DNA from: Massalongia carnosa
Taxonomy: Eukaryota
DNA: 64,000 nucleotides
Reading direction: 5' to 3'
Assembly (NCBI GenBank): GCA_965645245.1
Contig: OZ287079.1
Span: forward strand, 1,612,001 to 1,676,000
Shown: piece after piece, positions 1-13,165 of the stretch
Layout: the number at the start of each line of letters is the position of its first letter
Numbering within the stretch: the stretch's first letter is position 1
The notes under the pieces: generated by a model
Told to the model about the DNA's origin: nothing
The model's database searches: none
The model's input: the letters and a program-made list of their open reading frames with translations, nothing else
Translations under genes and position numbers: made by a program

Positions 1-1091
1 TGTAGTCCCGTCTGTGGTTGGGTAGATGCAGTAAGAAGAACCAATAAAACCAAGATTTCCGGGGTTTCCAAAAAGTAAGTTGTTTCTCAAGCGAACGAGC
101 TGCTCAGGATCTTGAACTTGTATAGTGCACAACCGAATGCATTTCGGCGATCACACGAATCTTGCATATATAGGGGGAAAACACCGATGCTGTTATACAG
201 CTGGACAGATTAACGAGAAAATCCTCTGCATGGCATCGTTTAGCACTGTGTGAAACCACAATCTGCAGGCGGGGGGGCGTTTATCGGGTGAAGAAGTGAA
301 TCACATACATATTTCATCAAAGATGATAGCGGTCGATAAGTTCTAGATAATTGTGTAAGAAACCAATGAGGCACTTTCTCGAAAAGGTACATTCAGGCTA
401 GCTCTAGCTGCAAGCATCTTTCTGTAAACCTAGAGCTTCGATCCACAGCAGTCATGCCGACCCTAGTCAAAGTCTTCTACGGTGCGTCTGGGTACGGCCA
501 GAATGGTTGCCTTACCTAAATTTGAACTTAAGTGAAACTTCTTTAGAGGAAAGCCTCATCGGACTATCGATAAACCCTTTCACTATTAACCCTCCTGCTC
601 CGTGCATTAAAATGGACTTGTTGATTCTGCTACATGAACTATTCTTATTTGCATTGTGCTGCGAAGACCAGCGGACACTCCTTGATAGCTAGTATCAACA
701 GAACAACTAATTTGAAATACACAGGATAGCTGAGAAACCCGTTGCCACCAGTTAACCAAGTGATCTGCCTCATGCGTGTTGAAGCCGAAATCGACGGATG
801 TTAGTAAGTATCCGAGAGTAGGTAAAAGAATCGTACTCCCATGTCCTCTAATACTACTTGAGTCGTTTTGCCGTATTAAATTTTAGCGTATTGCAAACGG
901 GGGTGAATACGAGTAGATGTCCGTTATTTTGCTTTTCCCTTCGAACCAAGACTCCTCAACAAAGGAGAAAGGCTCCTTTCGGTTGCTAAACCAGCTACCC
1001 CAATACCACACTCTCTTAATGGTCGTAGTCCCTAGTGTGACCCTACTCTCTTACTCGAAAGGTCTTTGCCTTGTCATATCTGACATCTCTA

Positions 1092-2340
1092 TCAATGGTT
1101 GACGCACCCAAAGCCGTCGAACAGTCTGCAAATGTATAGTTTCATTGCCCAATATAACGCAGCATATATAGCAAGGCCTCCAAAGCCCCATTTCCAAGCT
1201 CTCAAGGCGAGCTTGGTGGAGTTACTGACCCAAGCAGATCCACATACCGCTTCGAAGATCTTCCATGTCAGAACGGTCTCATCGCAAATAAAACCCTTAC
1301 TTACCATGGCAACTTTTGTAGCGTTTCCGCTCCCTATATGCTGCTACAGATCCACATGAAACTCCTCACATCGAGAGAGTATATCCAAATTCACAAGTGG
1401 CCAGCTTTGAGTTGGATTATATGTTGATGGACTCCTGCCTAAGCGACATAAATAGAGACGCTACGCTTCCTGACAACTGCACGCTCCCACTCACTGCCTT
1501 TATCGCAGTTAGCTCATTTTGGGAGGTCCTCTACTCGAGGGGGAAACTCGCCTCTAATCGGGTGCTGATCCAATCCTATCAGCAACTGTATCTCTTTTTC
1601 GCCCCTTAGAAAGCCCTCTCCTAACATTATTGAAAATACCCTAAGAGTCGCATCGCATTCCTATGTGCAGGTCCGAGTTAAGCTACACAGTGAGTTCACA
1701 GGACCCAGGAAGAGGTAAAGTGTTTACCAAAGGTCTCCTGGCTGTTTCAGCGAGGTATTTGTCGTCTCAACCAGATGCTCGGCGACGATTTATCTGCACC
1801 CTATAATTGTCGAATCCATAGAGGTTATAACTTATCATCATGCTTGCATACCGGAAGCGGTTTGTAGGATGGAGCGGGCTATTGCACCGTCATATTTATA
1901 TAAATGTCCATTGGTGCTAATATAGGTCGGGTAGGTCTTTAGCATGTGATCATATTTCACGATCATGAATTCCTTTTTAGCTGAACGTTTTCAGCCTCAA
2001 GAAAAATCAAAGATTCATCATCGTTATAATGAATGCGTTCTGTTATGTGGCCAGATCCAATAAAATTTTTTTTTCAAACAACGAGAAAACTTGTCAACTT
2101 CATCAATAAACAATACATGATTATATCTTCCATGGATCGGGATACACGACTAGGGATAAAGCAACTCATAGGGACCTTCATGATCGCCCGAGAAATCTTC
2201 GGACGCCATGTGCTCATGGCTGCCCTCCGCTTTGAATTGATGTATCGCGATACGATTAAAATATCTGATGTAGGCGAATAGGCTGTGCTGTAGCAAAATG
2301 CAGCAACTTAAGTCTTCGACTGATCCTAAAATCATCCTTC
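1092..2340 (-). pseudogene. Possible heavily degraded NACHT/NLR-like NTPase remnant
   Basis: Minus-strand fragments broken by stops and frameshifts: Walker-B-like VFIDEVDKF (~2090-2115), IARSILQTASGM followed by LWIRQL (resembles the GMFLW motif, ~1810-1885) and LAIYAALYW (~1150-1175), in the order expected for a NACHT. Boundaries are approximate. Confidence 0.3.
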
Positions 2341-2477
2341 ACAACTGACACTGCGAAGAAAACTATATTACAGCAAGAAATTCGAGGACTATGATGAAAA
2401 TTTCGACTTCTGAGACGGTAACTCAGGTTGAAGTCTTTGCCATCAATCCGTTTGCAATTGAAGCGGGTTGGGTTCTG

Positions 2478-3317
2478 TCACCATTTAGTGCAGCCGCTCG
2501 CTAAACCACCCTAATCAAGTTTAGGTTAATGTAAGTACTCGAATAAGATGTAAAGAGTTTTGAGGTCAAAGGATTAAAAACGTACCACCAGCCCAGGGCT
2601 ACAGCAAAAGACGCCCGACCAGTCATTGTCCTTATCACATATATATGCATTCCTTGCAACTATCCGAATGTTAGTCATATTAGTTAACAGATAATATTCT
2701 CTAGCTATCTAGTAGAACCCAGGTTTCTACTAGGGAACAGCCTGAATGATTCCATAAAGACCGTACTGACATTTTATGCAACCCTTTTGTTTCGGAGATT
2801 CCTCGGGCATAACATCCGTTCTACAGCAGTATTTTTCTCTCGCTTCGGGATCATCGCATATCGGTTCTAAAGAACACACTTGCCTCTTTTCTCTTCTGGA
2901 GTGTGAGCATTGGTGTTGGCCACGTGAGACCGTATAGTCCCAGTTGCTTGGGAGAGTTTCTTTGCCAGCTGGTGCACTCCCCTGAGCACCGAAGTTCAAG
3001 GTATTCAGCTCGTCGTTGAAGGCGACTGGGTACGGAGATGCGTTTTGAGAGTCTTGGTTTGCTGGATCAACACTTGTTGCTGGCAAATGATCTATGCTCT
3101 CTTGACTAGAAGGAATCAAGGCGGCGATATCTGAACTCTCTGTGCCAACATCAGGGTTGTATTGTTCTGCTGAGTTAGTACTGGGTAGTGGGAATTTTTC
3201 AAATTCAGCTTGCTCGTTTGGAGTTGAAGCAGTCAGCCCAAGAGAGCTAGAATCGTCCAGAATGGGTTTGGCGGACGCGGCCGAGAGAGTCAAGACGAAG
3301 AAATACCAACTATGCAT
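2478..3317 (-). CDS. Secreted Cys-rich protein, hydrophobin-like C-terminal domain, 3 exons (3317-2771, 2659-2586, 2510-2478)
   Basis: Signal peptide MHSWYFFVLTLSAASA; long acidic/Ser-rich pro-region; EKR dibasic site; GT-AG introns 2660-2770 and 2511-2585 keep the frame and give a C-terminus ...KGCIKFARNAYICDKDNDWSGVFCCSPGLVGGLASGCTKW*. Confidence 0.7.
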
Positions 3318-4260
3318 CTTGAAAATCTAACAAATAATACCTTGGTGGTTGCGGAGTAGCGAGCTGGCCCTGTGGTGTGGCCGTATATTTTGATTGCTGA
3401 TGACTTGTGGGCGAAAAGAGTAGTAGATTTAAGATTCAGGCAAAATTCCATACATTATATCTATCTTGTGGTCCTGTGACGGAATGCGACTGCCGATAGC
3501 CTTTTCCATGATGCATTTGTTCCCTTCTGCAGGGAAAGTGATTTCCATGGTTTTATCGGAGTTGACTTGGTTGTGGATGCGTGATTGCAAAATTAGTTTC
3601 ATCAAGTATGTATGCAAGCCTCTTGGATATAGGATTTGGGCGCTAACACTGTGAGTTGGACTGCCATTATCTCCCCTGGGATGCTGATATCAGACATCAT
3701 TATACAGTTATCATCTTTAGCCGAGCTTCGCCGTGCCAATTCTCTGCAATTCCCGAGCGCCAGCGTTTCAGCTTATGCATAAACAACCGAGTTTGGTGGT
3801 AGACATAGCCTGTTATCATCAGAGGAGTGGGAAGATAGAATTGATACTTTGATAACAGAAAGACTAGTGGCATGGGCAAAAGCCCTTTGGTTATCAACGA
3901 GGGTCTACATCCATATCAACGTGACGTAAAAGTTTGGGGAATACACAACCCGAGGTGGCACTCGGCAAAAGGCAAACGGCAAACCGTGACTTAATCCCAG
4001 GCAGTCAGGCCTTTGCACTAGTGCAGTGGTGAGAACGGGTGGCTGCCATGCAGAGAAATTACACGTGGGCTTTAAAGGCTGTCTTCGTGTGGCTTCGTCT
4101 GACTTGCCGGTTCCCAAAGAGCAAGCTGCCGTTACAGAAACTTAAGAGGGGTTATCACAGGTAAGTGTGGCCGGTAAAGGATAAAATCCAAGGGAATAGG
4201 ATACGCCGTATCTAGTCAGGTACGAAAGACGAGTGTTGCTGTAACTCTACCCTTGTAAAG

Positions 4261-4290
4261 TACGGAGTACGGAGTACGGAGTACAGAGTA
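4261..4290 (+). repeat. (TACGGAG)n heptamer tandem repeat, about 4 copies
   Basis: tacggag tacggag tacggag tacagag ta, ~300 bp upstream of END3. Confidence 0.8.
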
Positions 4291-4590
4291 ATGAAACTCT
4301 GTTCTGAGATACGATGTGTAACGCAATTCTTACTAAATCAAGTACCGTAATGTAACGTTACTCTAGCGACATACCAAGGTATCCAAACCCTTGCATCAGA
4401 TATGATAGCTCTTTCTCTGTCAAAAGATATCTTCACCTCCGCTGCTAACTTTAGATGCTCCGATACTAAACATTTATAGGACGAGTTGTATAGAGTACTC
4501 TATATGATATATCACCCCAATTTGAAATATATGATCCATCAATAACTAAACCATAAGTTACTAAGTGAATATCACGTCCCATATCTAATC

Positions 4591-5869
4591 ATGTCCAACA
4601 AGAAAATCGAGCAGTGGGAAGTCGAACGGTACTGGGACATCTTTTCCTCCCTCGCCAATGGCGGCACCCACCTCAACGGAGCTCAAGCAGCCTCTGTTCT
4701 CAAAAACAGTCAGCTGCGAGATGACCAGCTGGAGAAAGTCTGGGATCTAGCAGACGTGGACAACGATGGCAATCTAGATTTTGAAGAATTTTGCGTGGCC
4801 ATGCGGATCATCTTCGACCTGGTCAACGGCGTATGTTTCATCTTGTCAGCTTCCCTCACCCTCCGGAGCCAGCTAAAATATCTTCGACCAGGAATACTCA
4901 GATGTTCCGGCTTCTCTCCCCGACTGGCTCGTTCCTGAGTCTAAAGCCCACTTGGTCCAAGCTACCCGCGCCCTGACCGGCGCTCAACCTTCCTTCTCCC
5001 CTATCGACCCGCTCCCTGACTCCGATACCGCTGGTCTCTCTGACTTCTTTGATTGGTACATGTCCCCCTCCGACATCGCCCGCTACGAAAGTATCTACAC
5101 CGCCAACAAATCGCCCCACGGTCTCATCGCCTTCGACTCTCTCGATCCCCTCTATGCCTCCCTCGACGTCCCCGATACCGATCTGCGCTCCGCTTGGAAT
5201 CTCGTGAACCCGAGCCAACAACCTGCCATATCAAAACACGCCGCTCTCGCGTTCCTCCACATCCTCAACGGACGCCATTCGGGCTCCCGCGTCCCTCGCT
5301 CCGTTCCGGCCTCCCTCCGCGCGAGCTTCCAAGACCAAAAAATAGACTACCACATCGACCGGGTAAACTCGCTATCCCGGCCCGCGGACGATACCGCCAC
5401 AGGCCGCAAAGCCAAGTTCGGGGACACATATCTCAGCCGGCTAGGCCTAGGGGGCAAAAGCAGCTACACGCCCGCCGGCACCGATTTCTCCGCCACAAAC
5501 ACGACCGATGACTGGGAAGAAGTGCGGCTGCGGCGGCAACTGCAGGAACTAGAATCGAAAATCGACACCGTGGAAGCCGCGGCCAAGAAAAAAGGGAATC
5601 ACAGTGGGCGGAAGCGCGAGAATGACAGCAAGCCAGCGCTCGTAAAGCGGGAGCTGGAAAGCCTGCTGGAATACAAGCGAAAGGAGATGCGGGAGCTGGA
5701 GCAGGGGATTGGGCGGAGCGGGGAAGGAGCGGGGCTGAAGGAGGTGGAAGGGGAGATTGCAGGGGTAAAGGAGCTAGTGGAGGGGTTGGAGAGACATTGG
5801 AGGGGAAGGGAGGAAGTGCTGGAAGGGGTGAGGAGGGAGATTGAAGAGGCGAAAAGGGGGAGCAGATGA
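4591..5869 (+). CDS. END3: Actin cytoskeleton-regulatory complex / endocytosis protein End3 (2 EH domains + coiled coil); intron 4831-4891
   Basis: [18 protein letters not shown]...[27 protein letters not shown] (EH/EF-hand); second EH domain FDWYMSPSD...[10 protein letters not shown]-terminal [11 protein letters not shown]...[19 protein letters not shown]. The intron GTATGT...CAG joins the two ORFs in frame. Confidence 0.95.
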
Positions 5870-8800
5870 GGGATGCTGACAGATGGTCCCCTTCTGCATA
5901 GATTTTATAGCTTATTTATCTCGTCATATTATTTATTGTCCTCAGCCAGAATTCTACGAACCATCCTCCCCCGCTTCCAGAATACCCCCCCCCCCCAAAT
6001 CAACCAACCCAGTCACGCTACTACCTCCCCATTACTTTTCTCCCACTCCCACTCTTCCATTACCCCCCCACCCCAAATTCAATCCATCCAACCATCCAAC
6101 CCACAGATTAGAACTGCCCGCTCGAAACCCGGAAATCGACGGATTGGCTAGCTAGCTATGTATGTATGTATGTCGATAGCCTAGGTTGCTAGCTTGCTAT
6201 CTATGTTACCGTGCCGAGCCAGTTCCGCCACCTGGTGCGAGTCACAAGGTTAGATCGATTAAAAGTTCTAAAAAGAAAGAAGAGGGATGAATAATGTTGT
6301 ATTGCTATGTGTCTCGAACTCCCTTTGCGTTTGTCGGGTTAGGGCATCGCGAGCATTTTATTTTGAATTCACATTTCTTTCTTTCAAATTTGTCGGTTTA
6401 CTTTTTCCTTCGAATCTCCGCCCGACTTCTCCCAAGTTTCGATTTAGGGGATTTTCTGATGAAACTCGTCCACGGAAAATTATGACGAGATAGCGGTAAC
6501 TAAGCCACTCGGGCTGGTTTGGATATTCGATAGGGGAGGTCCTCATACATCGCTGTATGTATGTTCTTGTTAGTGGTCTAGGTTTGTCGGCGAGGTGGTG
6601 TGGCGGTAGACTTTTTTTTTTTTGGGATCATCTTGATAAGATTATAAACTGGACAGTTCAGGTTCTCCAAGATTGGTAAGGGGGTGTGTTTCTTTGTGTA
6701 ATTTTTTTATAGAGCTTTTGGGGGTTTTAAATAAGAGGGATTTTCATCGAGAATTGATATACTTCATGCGCGAGTGGACAAGGAAATCAGCACCGATTTT
6801 GGGTTGTTTCTTCTTCGAATTTCTTAAAGTTCATTTTTTGTTCCCTCGGTTGATCTCTATTTTCTTCCTCTGTCTGACGTTTATTGGCTTTTCCTCCAAC
6901 TTCGAGGTCCCTTTTTCTTCGATTCTCAATGCGACCTGCGAATTCTGAAGAAGGAATATAAAGCATTTGAAAAACCAAGTGGCAACCGAAATAACCTTCT
7001 TGCGAAACCCCCACCCCATTTCCCTCTGTGACTATGAAGCCAATCTCTTCGTCATCATCCAACTCTGTAGCTTTATCTCCTTGCTCTTTCTGAGCCCAGC
7101 AAGCAGTCCCGCTCTATCCTTTTGGCTTCTCAGATTTATTTCGCGAAGGGGTCTTGATATCATTTCTGAAATTATTGGTCCGAGTCTCTTTCAATCTGCC
7201 CTCGTTGCAATGGTTTTGTTGGTCTTACTCCCAATTTTTATTTATCCACTTCATTGCGTGGTTCTTATTGATTCATATTGTCTGGCGGTCGTTTGGCTTG
7301 GTCGAAGGATCAGGCTTCGATATGGTTTCTTTATCAGGCCCCACATGAGATTAGCGTTCAGGGATATCCTCATATTCCTGATTCAGGATTGGTGGTTTTT
7401 TCGTTCAATCTGCTAAATATGATGTCTTCGTTAAGGAAGTTCTTTTGATAACGTTAAGTGTCACTCACCTGGGACCTCTACTCATTTCCGACATTTTCTG
7501 ACCACATTGACCTGCCGTTCTCTCTCTCAATGGAGGCGAGAAGTGACTCGGTCATCCGTTCGCTCCGGCCCGCTGCAATGCTCCCCAGGGCGGATTCCGT
7601 TAGTTACGTTTTTGATATGGTGTCTGGGGAGGAACAAACCAACCGTTCGGTCTAACTTAACGGGCTCATAACCGGTTGAAACTGAAATCGTTTCTCCCAA
7701 AGTTCTTTTGCATGTGCAAAGTTCGTTGGATTGGGCTAGCTATATCAACTGCCCAATGCTACCATTCCGCCTGTTGTAGTCACAGTATCAACCTACTAAG
7801 GCATGCAAGTGCCCTCATTGTCGAGCAAGTGAGCATGAAGCTGGCAACACACTGGTGTCTTGATGGGCCTAGTTAGGCTTAGCGATAGACTTTCATACAC
7901 AGGTAACTAGTTATATTCAGCCGACATAATGGAGTCCGCGTATTAACTTATCTAAGTACCTAACTAGTTATGGCAACGCAGTGATCCCGATCTCGGATCA
8001 GGCAGTGATTGGGTTTTGGTGGTGATATTAGGAAAAGAAGAAAACAGATAAGAAACTCGTGCAAGCTCGATCGACACAGCTGTGAGCTTCTTGAAAAAAT
8101 TCGGGTTGCGCTGCTGTCACCCCCTTTTCACGGGGTTGATCCAGCTCGCGTTTTGGGCCTATATGGACTTGCAACTTGCCAATCACAGTGCCTTAACAGC
8201 AGTCATACTTTGCCCTAAGATATTCCGGACAACCCACAGAAGGATTTGACATCGATGCTGAGAAAGCAGAAGAAATAAAGCATCATGGTTTCCAGATCTG
8301 CGATGACTGTTACGGTCGAAGAACTATAGACTAGATCTTACCGTGAACTTATGAGTAACCCCGAAACCTTTCTCAAGGAAGCACAAGTGCCGGACATTAT
8401 AATCTTCAGGAAATGGACCTTGAATCACTACCAAAAGATCAGGGCGGCCTCAAGATTGCAGGACTATTAGCGGGTTCTCACAATGCATGGCCTCGGAGTG
8501 TGAGGCGCCCCGCCCGCACTACAGTGAAAGCATTCCGGAAAACTAATGCTACTGACCAGCTATCTCTGATATTCAGCGGTTCACAGGAGAAGAGCGGCAG
8601 GTTCCTTCGATCCGAGCATACAGCTCCAATTCATGGCCAACCAAGCCGAATTTGTCGCGGTGTAAGTTCATTATCGTATCGTCACAGGAGTTCTTGATCT
8701 TCTATCGGCTCATCTTACTTTCGGGTATGAGGCAAGTCTCATACTGAATTAGCGTAGAGGAAAACATGAAAGGGTTATGTTTGAATTATGCAGGCGGTGG

Positions 8801-11800
8801 TGGAAGACTTTGAGAAACGACAAGGTGATGATAGAACATGAAACTTCAACCCTTCATGGCAAGAAACCGAAAGTACTAGGCCGATATTTTCCTAGTATGC
8901 TTGATTTCTTTCACTTGTCTCAAACACCAATGCGCATAGTTGTCGTACGAACAGGGCATGTTGTCAGTAACAGAGATTTTCCCCGTGGTTGTAAGATTTG
9001 AGGCTTCTAAGCACTTTCGAGTTTTCTGCATAACTTCTCAAATCCAAGATGACTCACTGTGTCATCGGCGATGGTGGTATCTAGGGGATTTTTATCGTCT
9101 TGCGATCCCAGACCATCACCGATTCTTTGCCGTTTTCTTCAAAATCACGTATGGATAAAGATTCCGCCTTCGAGGCGGACCCGCCATCGGACTGTAAAAG
9201 GTTATCAAGTATCATTTGGCAGAAGTTTCGTCAGTTCTTTAATTTTTTCTCTAGCTGAAACACTTAGTACCAAAAGGGGTTGAGAATCGAGTTTGCTCCA
9301 TTCGCCAAAGAATCTTACGCTTCCTCATTCCGACAGAAATTTTCCCAGGCCAGAGCTGGTTCGTCCGTGTCTCTCAAAATCTACAAATCTAGTTTCAACT
9401 TCTCGCCAGGAGTAGAAGCGGGAAATCGGCTCGCGGATGGATATTAGAATTCTGTATCCATTGCCATGAAATTGGAAAGGTAGAGAGGGTAGAATTTGGC
9501 TTAATTTTAGTCCTCAGTAGATAAATTTCTATTGCCCATGGACACTTTTCTCAATCCTTGCTCTACTCCTACTTGTACCTTGCACCGGTAATCCAGGATG
9601 CTATCGTGACTTCGTTAAGCGCTTTGTGTTCTGTTCATGGCGCCCATTGTTGTCAACTAATCAGCTAAATATCGGTTCTACACACCTAAAAGACACTGCT
9701 TGATCTGGTCATTAACGATGATCACATTGAAAACAACCCCTCCTCCGTCCTCGATTTTCATAACAGACGTTATAGAAAGCAGCCCCATCATTTGAATCGG
9801 CTAGGCGGAGTACCGAGAAATTTCACTGGTAAGAGAGATACTCAATCGAGCAGATTAGAAGTACTAATAGGTACTTGAAGTGGAGGATTTCAACGGGGCT
9901 TTCCGATGGTGCGATATCGGATAAATTGGAAACTTCTTGGTATTTCTTTCCTCGTTTGCGTCCCCTCTTTTCCAATTGCTTTTCCATATGAAACTATTTT
10001 GTCTGGCGGATATGGATGCGTCGAAGGGGTTGGATGGGATGGATGGGATGGATACCTGCCTGTTAAGATATTGGCAACTCGTTGTTGGCACTGCTCGTTC
10101 TTGGACTAAGCGGGATAATGTGAAGGGTTAGGTCAGCCTTGGGTATCTTAGCTGGTCTCAGCGTCAGGGTGATAAGTTATTAGTCTGTTAAATTTATAAA
10201 AGGTCTTGACCTAGTTACTGTCTATCAAGATTAGCATATTTGGAACAATTTCTGCCAAGGTAAAGCGTTCTGTATACCACTAAAATATTTACCCATTAAT
10301 TACTAATATATACTTAGAAGATCATCAAGCCACACCTCGCGCGATAAAATCTACTTCGAAGTATCAGCGGGATGGCTCGATTGGTTCCATCTTCGCTTAT
10401 GCGTCCCCTGTGATCCTATCTCAAGTGTTCGTAAGTCTTCAAGATCCAAAGGAAGCTACGCATGTTTTATCCAAAGCTAAGGGTTGCCACTTAGTTCGTG
10501 CTTTGGGGCCCGAGCTGTGATTGTTGGTACGCATGGCTATCTCGACGCTTGATAGAGAGGAAGGGGAAGATCGCGGTTGCAGGTATGATGAACTTAGTGC
10601 ATTGTCGTCACCGGGAATCCCTTTTCCGTACTCTTTAGATAAGATTGAGAGTCGCAAAGCCTCTAGAAAGAACATTTCTGAACTGCACGTGCTGATCGCC
10701 AAGTTGTGGACGGTCTGAGTTGGGGCGTTAGCGTTATAGTAATGCTTATCTAGAAGGTAGTTTTACGAGGTATAGGCAGTTTACCTATCTATTAAGTAAG
10801 ACGGGCGTTACTATCTACGTATCTCTTGAGTGCTTGTCGGCGTCTAACGCAACAGAATCTCCCTATCCAGCAACTTATATTGATGAGCTTCTCGCTATAT
10901 AAGACCAGAAGCCTCGCCTGTAGATAATCCTTTGATAGATTAACGTACCTTACATCCGACTCTCATGAATAGGAGAGCCTCCCTGAACTAAAATTTAAGG
11001 CTTCCTGGATCGCAGCACCCTATACGACAACTCGTGACACCAATTACCTTGATGTGATAGCACCCGTGGTTCCAGGTCTTCCTTTGATAATTCCCCATCT
11101 TGGAGTTGTATCGGCAATGGAAGAGCAACCTTACTCACAACAGCCCCCAAAGATTACAGGGGACCTTATATTCAAATACTGCGCAACATTATCCACAACA
11201 ATAGCTTGCCAATCACACAAGGGTTTATTACCCCAACAATTGACCTTTGAATGGTGACTCTCATCAATAATCTTCCGATGTCCACCCTCACCGATCATAG
11301 TCCATCAGTCATGAGAACAATCGCCGATCCTTCAGACAATTAAAACAGGCGAAAGCCGTGAGATGGAATGCGAACACAGCAGGTACATTCTGACGAACCG
11401 ACAAATGAACAATCTTTACTGACGACCCTTAGGCACGTGAATCTCGTAGAACGAGAAAGACAAAGTAGGATAAAAGAAAGCCCCGCAAGCGGTCCTTGTC
11501 TAAAACATGAGTTATACTGCAATTACCAAAAGATTCTTCTCGTCAAGTATCGGTTAACACACCGGTTTTATTTCTTAGGTTACGCTTACATTTCGAGGGG
11601 CCAATAGCTGTAGTCAAGAGATCGTATAGCAATGAAACTCGTAATAGAATTAATTCATAATTGAACATCAATTGGAAAAAGTGAATAGTACATCGAGATT
11701 AGGGACAAATAAGATCGAGTAGATCCTTGCGGATATGATACTGAGGTTTGTTCAGATTGCGGCAGCCAGCGTGGTTGAGGAGGTATGATGGTGATGATGA

Positions 11801-13165
11801 TGGCGGGTGTCGATTGCCTTATATCGTGCTATCCTCGGGACTAGATACAAAACTGCTGTTACGTTACATCATGCTTGTTTTATTTGTTAATAGCTGAGAT
11901 CTTAAGGTCGTGAGATTATTATAGACACATCTCGCGCTAGATAGAATGGTATCTTGAGATTCTCATTTGAAGGTTGCTGTTTAGGTTGAGTGTATGGTAA
12001 ACTCATGCTGCCGTGGATATGGTCAATCTCTTGATTGCCTCTGAAACTAATACTCTGCTCATTATATAATGAGAGATGGTTGCCTATAAAACGAGAATGA
12101 GGTCCGGTGATATATTTGCTGCTCTCACTGTGGCGAAACCGTTAGGCTTGAACCGATGACCAGTAAGCTTGCTGGCGTGTTGTTGTTAATATACGCCATT
12201 GTAGGGTACGTAGGGTACGTAGAAGAATGTCCTTAAGGCTGAGAATTACGTTTTCGTAAGGGTATATTAGGACGTTATATTAGGACGTACTGTGTATAGT
12301 CGTGTGGCCTAGGTACGTGTTGTTTTCCTACTCGGGTTAGCACGTTGCGATGACTTTTGGCGTTGCAGAACCCTAATTCGTCGCCAGGTGTTTCCTTGAA
12401 TGGAAGAATAATCCCCCATCAGACTATCCCAATTGAGTCTAGACGTAGATGCACCTCTAGTTGTAGACTCAACGTCAAATGAAGGCCGTGTTCCTTCATC
12501 TGCTTCCAGAGCCTCTCGTCGAGTCATTCGTTGTTGGTCCGTCGCGTTCGATGAACGCCCTCGAAGAAGCCCTGTGCGTCTTTGTCGCACTGAGAAAAGA
12601 AAAATAGAAAAAAAGGAAGAAAAAACATAACACCTATCGTGTTCGTGATTCGAATGTGGAAGGGGTGCCAAATCAGCGTTGCATGACCGACACCCCGCAT
12701 CCCTTTCTCGGCATCATATTGGACCACCAATTCCCCCTTCAAGACTAATAAGCGCCCAACTTGGTCTACGTCCACAACGCGAACAAGTCATGAGCTGTCA
12801 AATCATGCATCGGAGCCTCAAAAGCTTCGTTTGGCCCGCGAAATAACCTTGACCTGCATTTATGGGTTGCCGCCGGCTGACTGGTCAGATCCTTTCCGAG
12901 CTATGTTAAGCTACCACTTGGTTGGATTTGGCTTCGCTGGACCTTGGCGATCCATTCCCATTCCATTCGTTGCCGCCGTGGTCCTTGGGCCTGACAGCTC
13001 AGAGATGATCAGTTCAATCGAGGGCATATCGCCTACAGATGCCGTGGGTCGTCTCCACATCAGTAATGATGCGTTGTTTCATCTGGTGCTGCCCTGGTAT
13101 ATGACCGCTCGTGCTCGTCCTGTTCCTCGGCCTGGATCGTGGCGGGCGGAAGCAATGCGTGTAGA

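Noticed and set aside
6250..11600. Coding-like fragments with many stops, possibly old TE or gene relics
   Set aside because: I could not assign any motif, terminal repeat or consistent frame.
12201..12290. Short duplications GTAGGGTAC x2 and TATATTAGGACGT x2
   Set aside because: Simple slippage duplications with nothing inserted between them.
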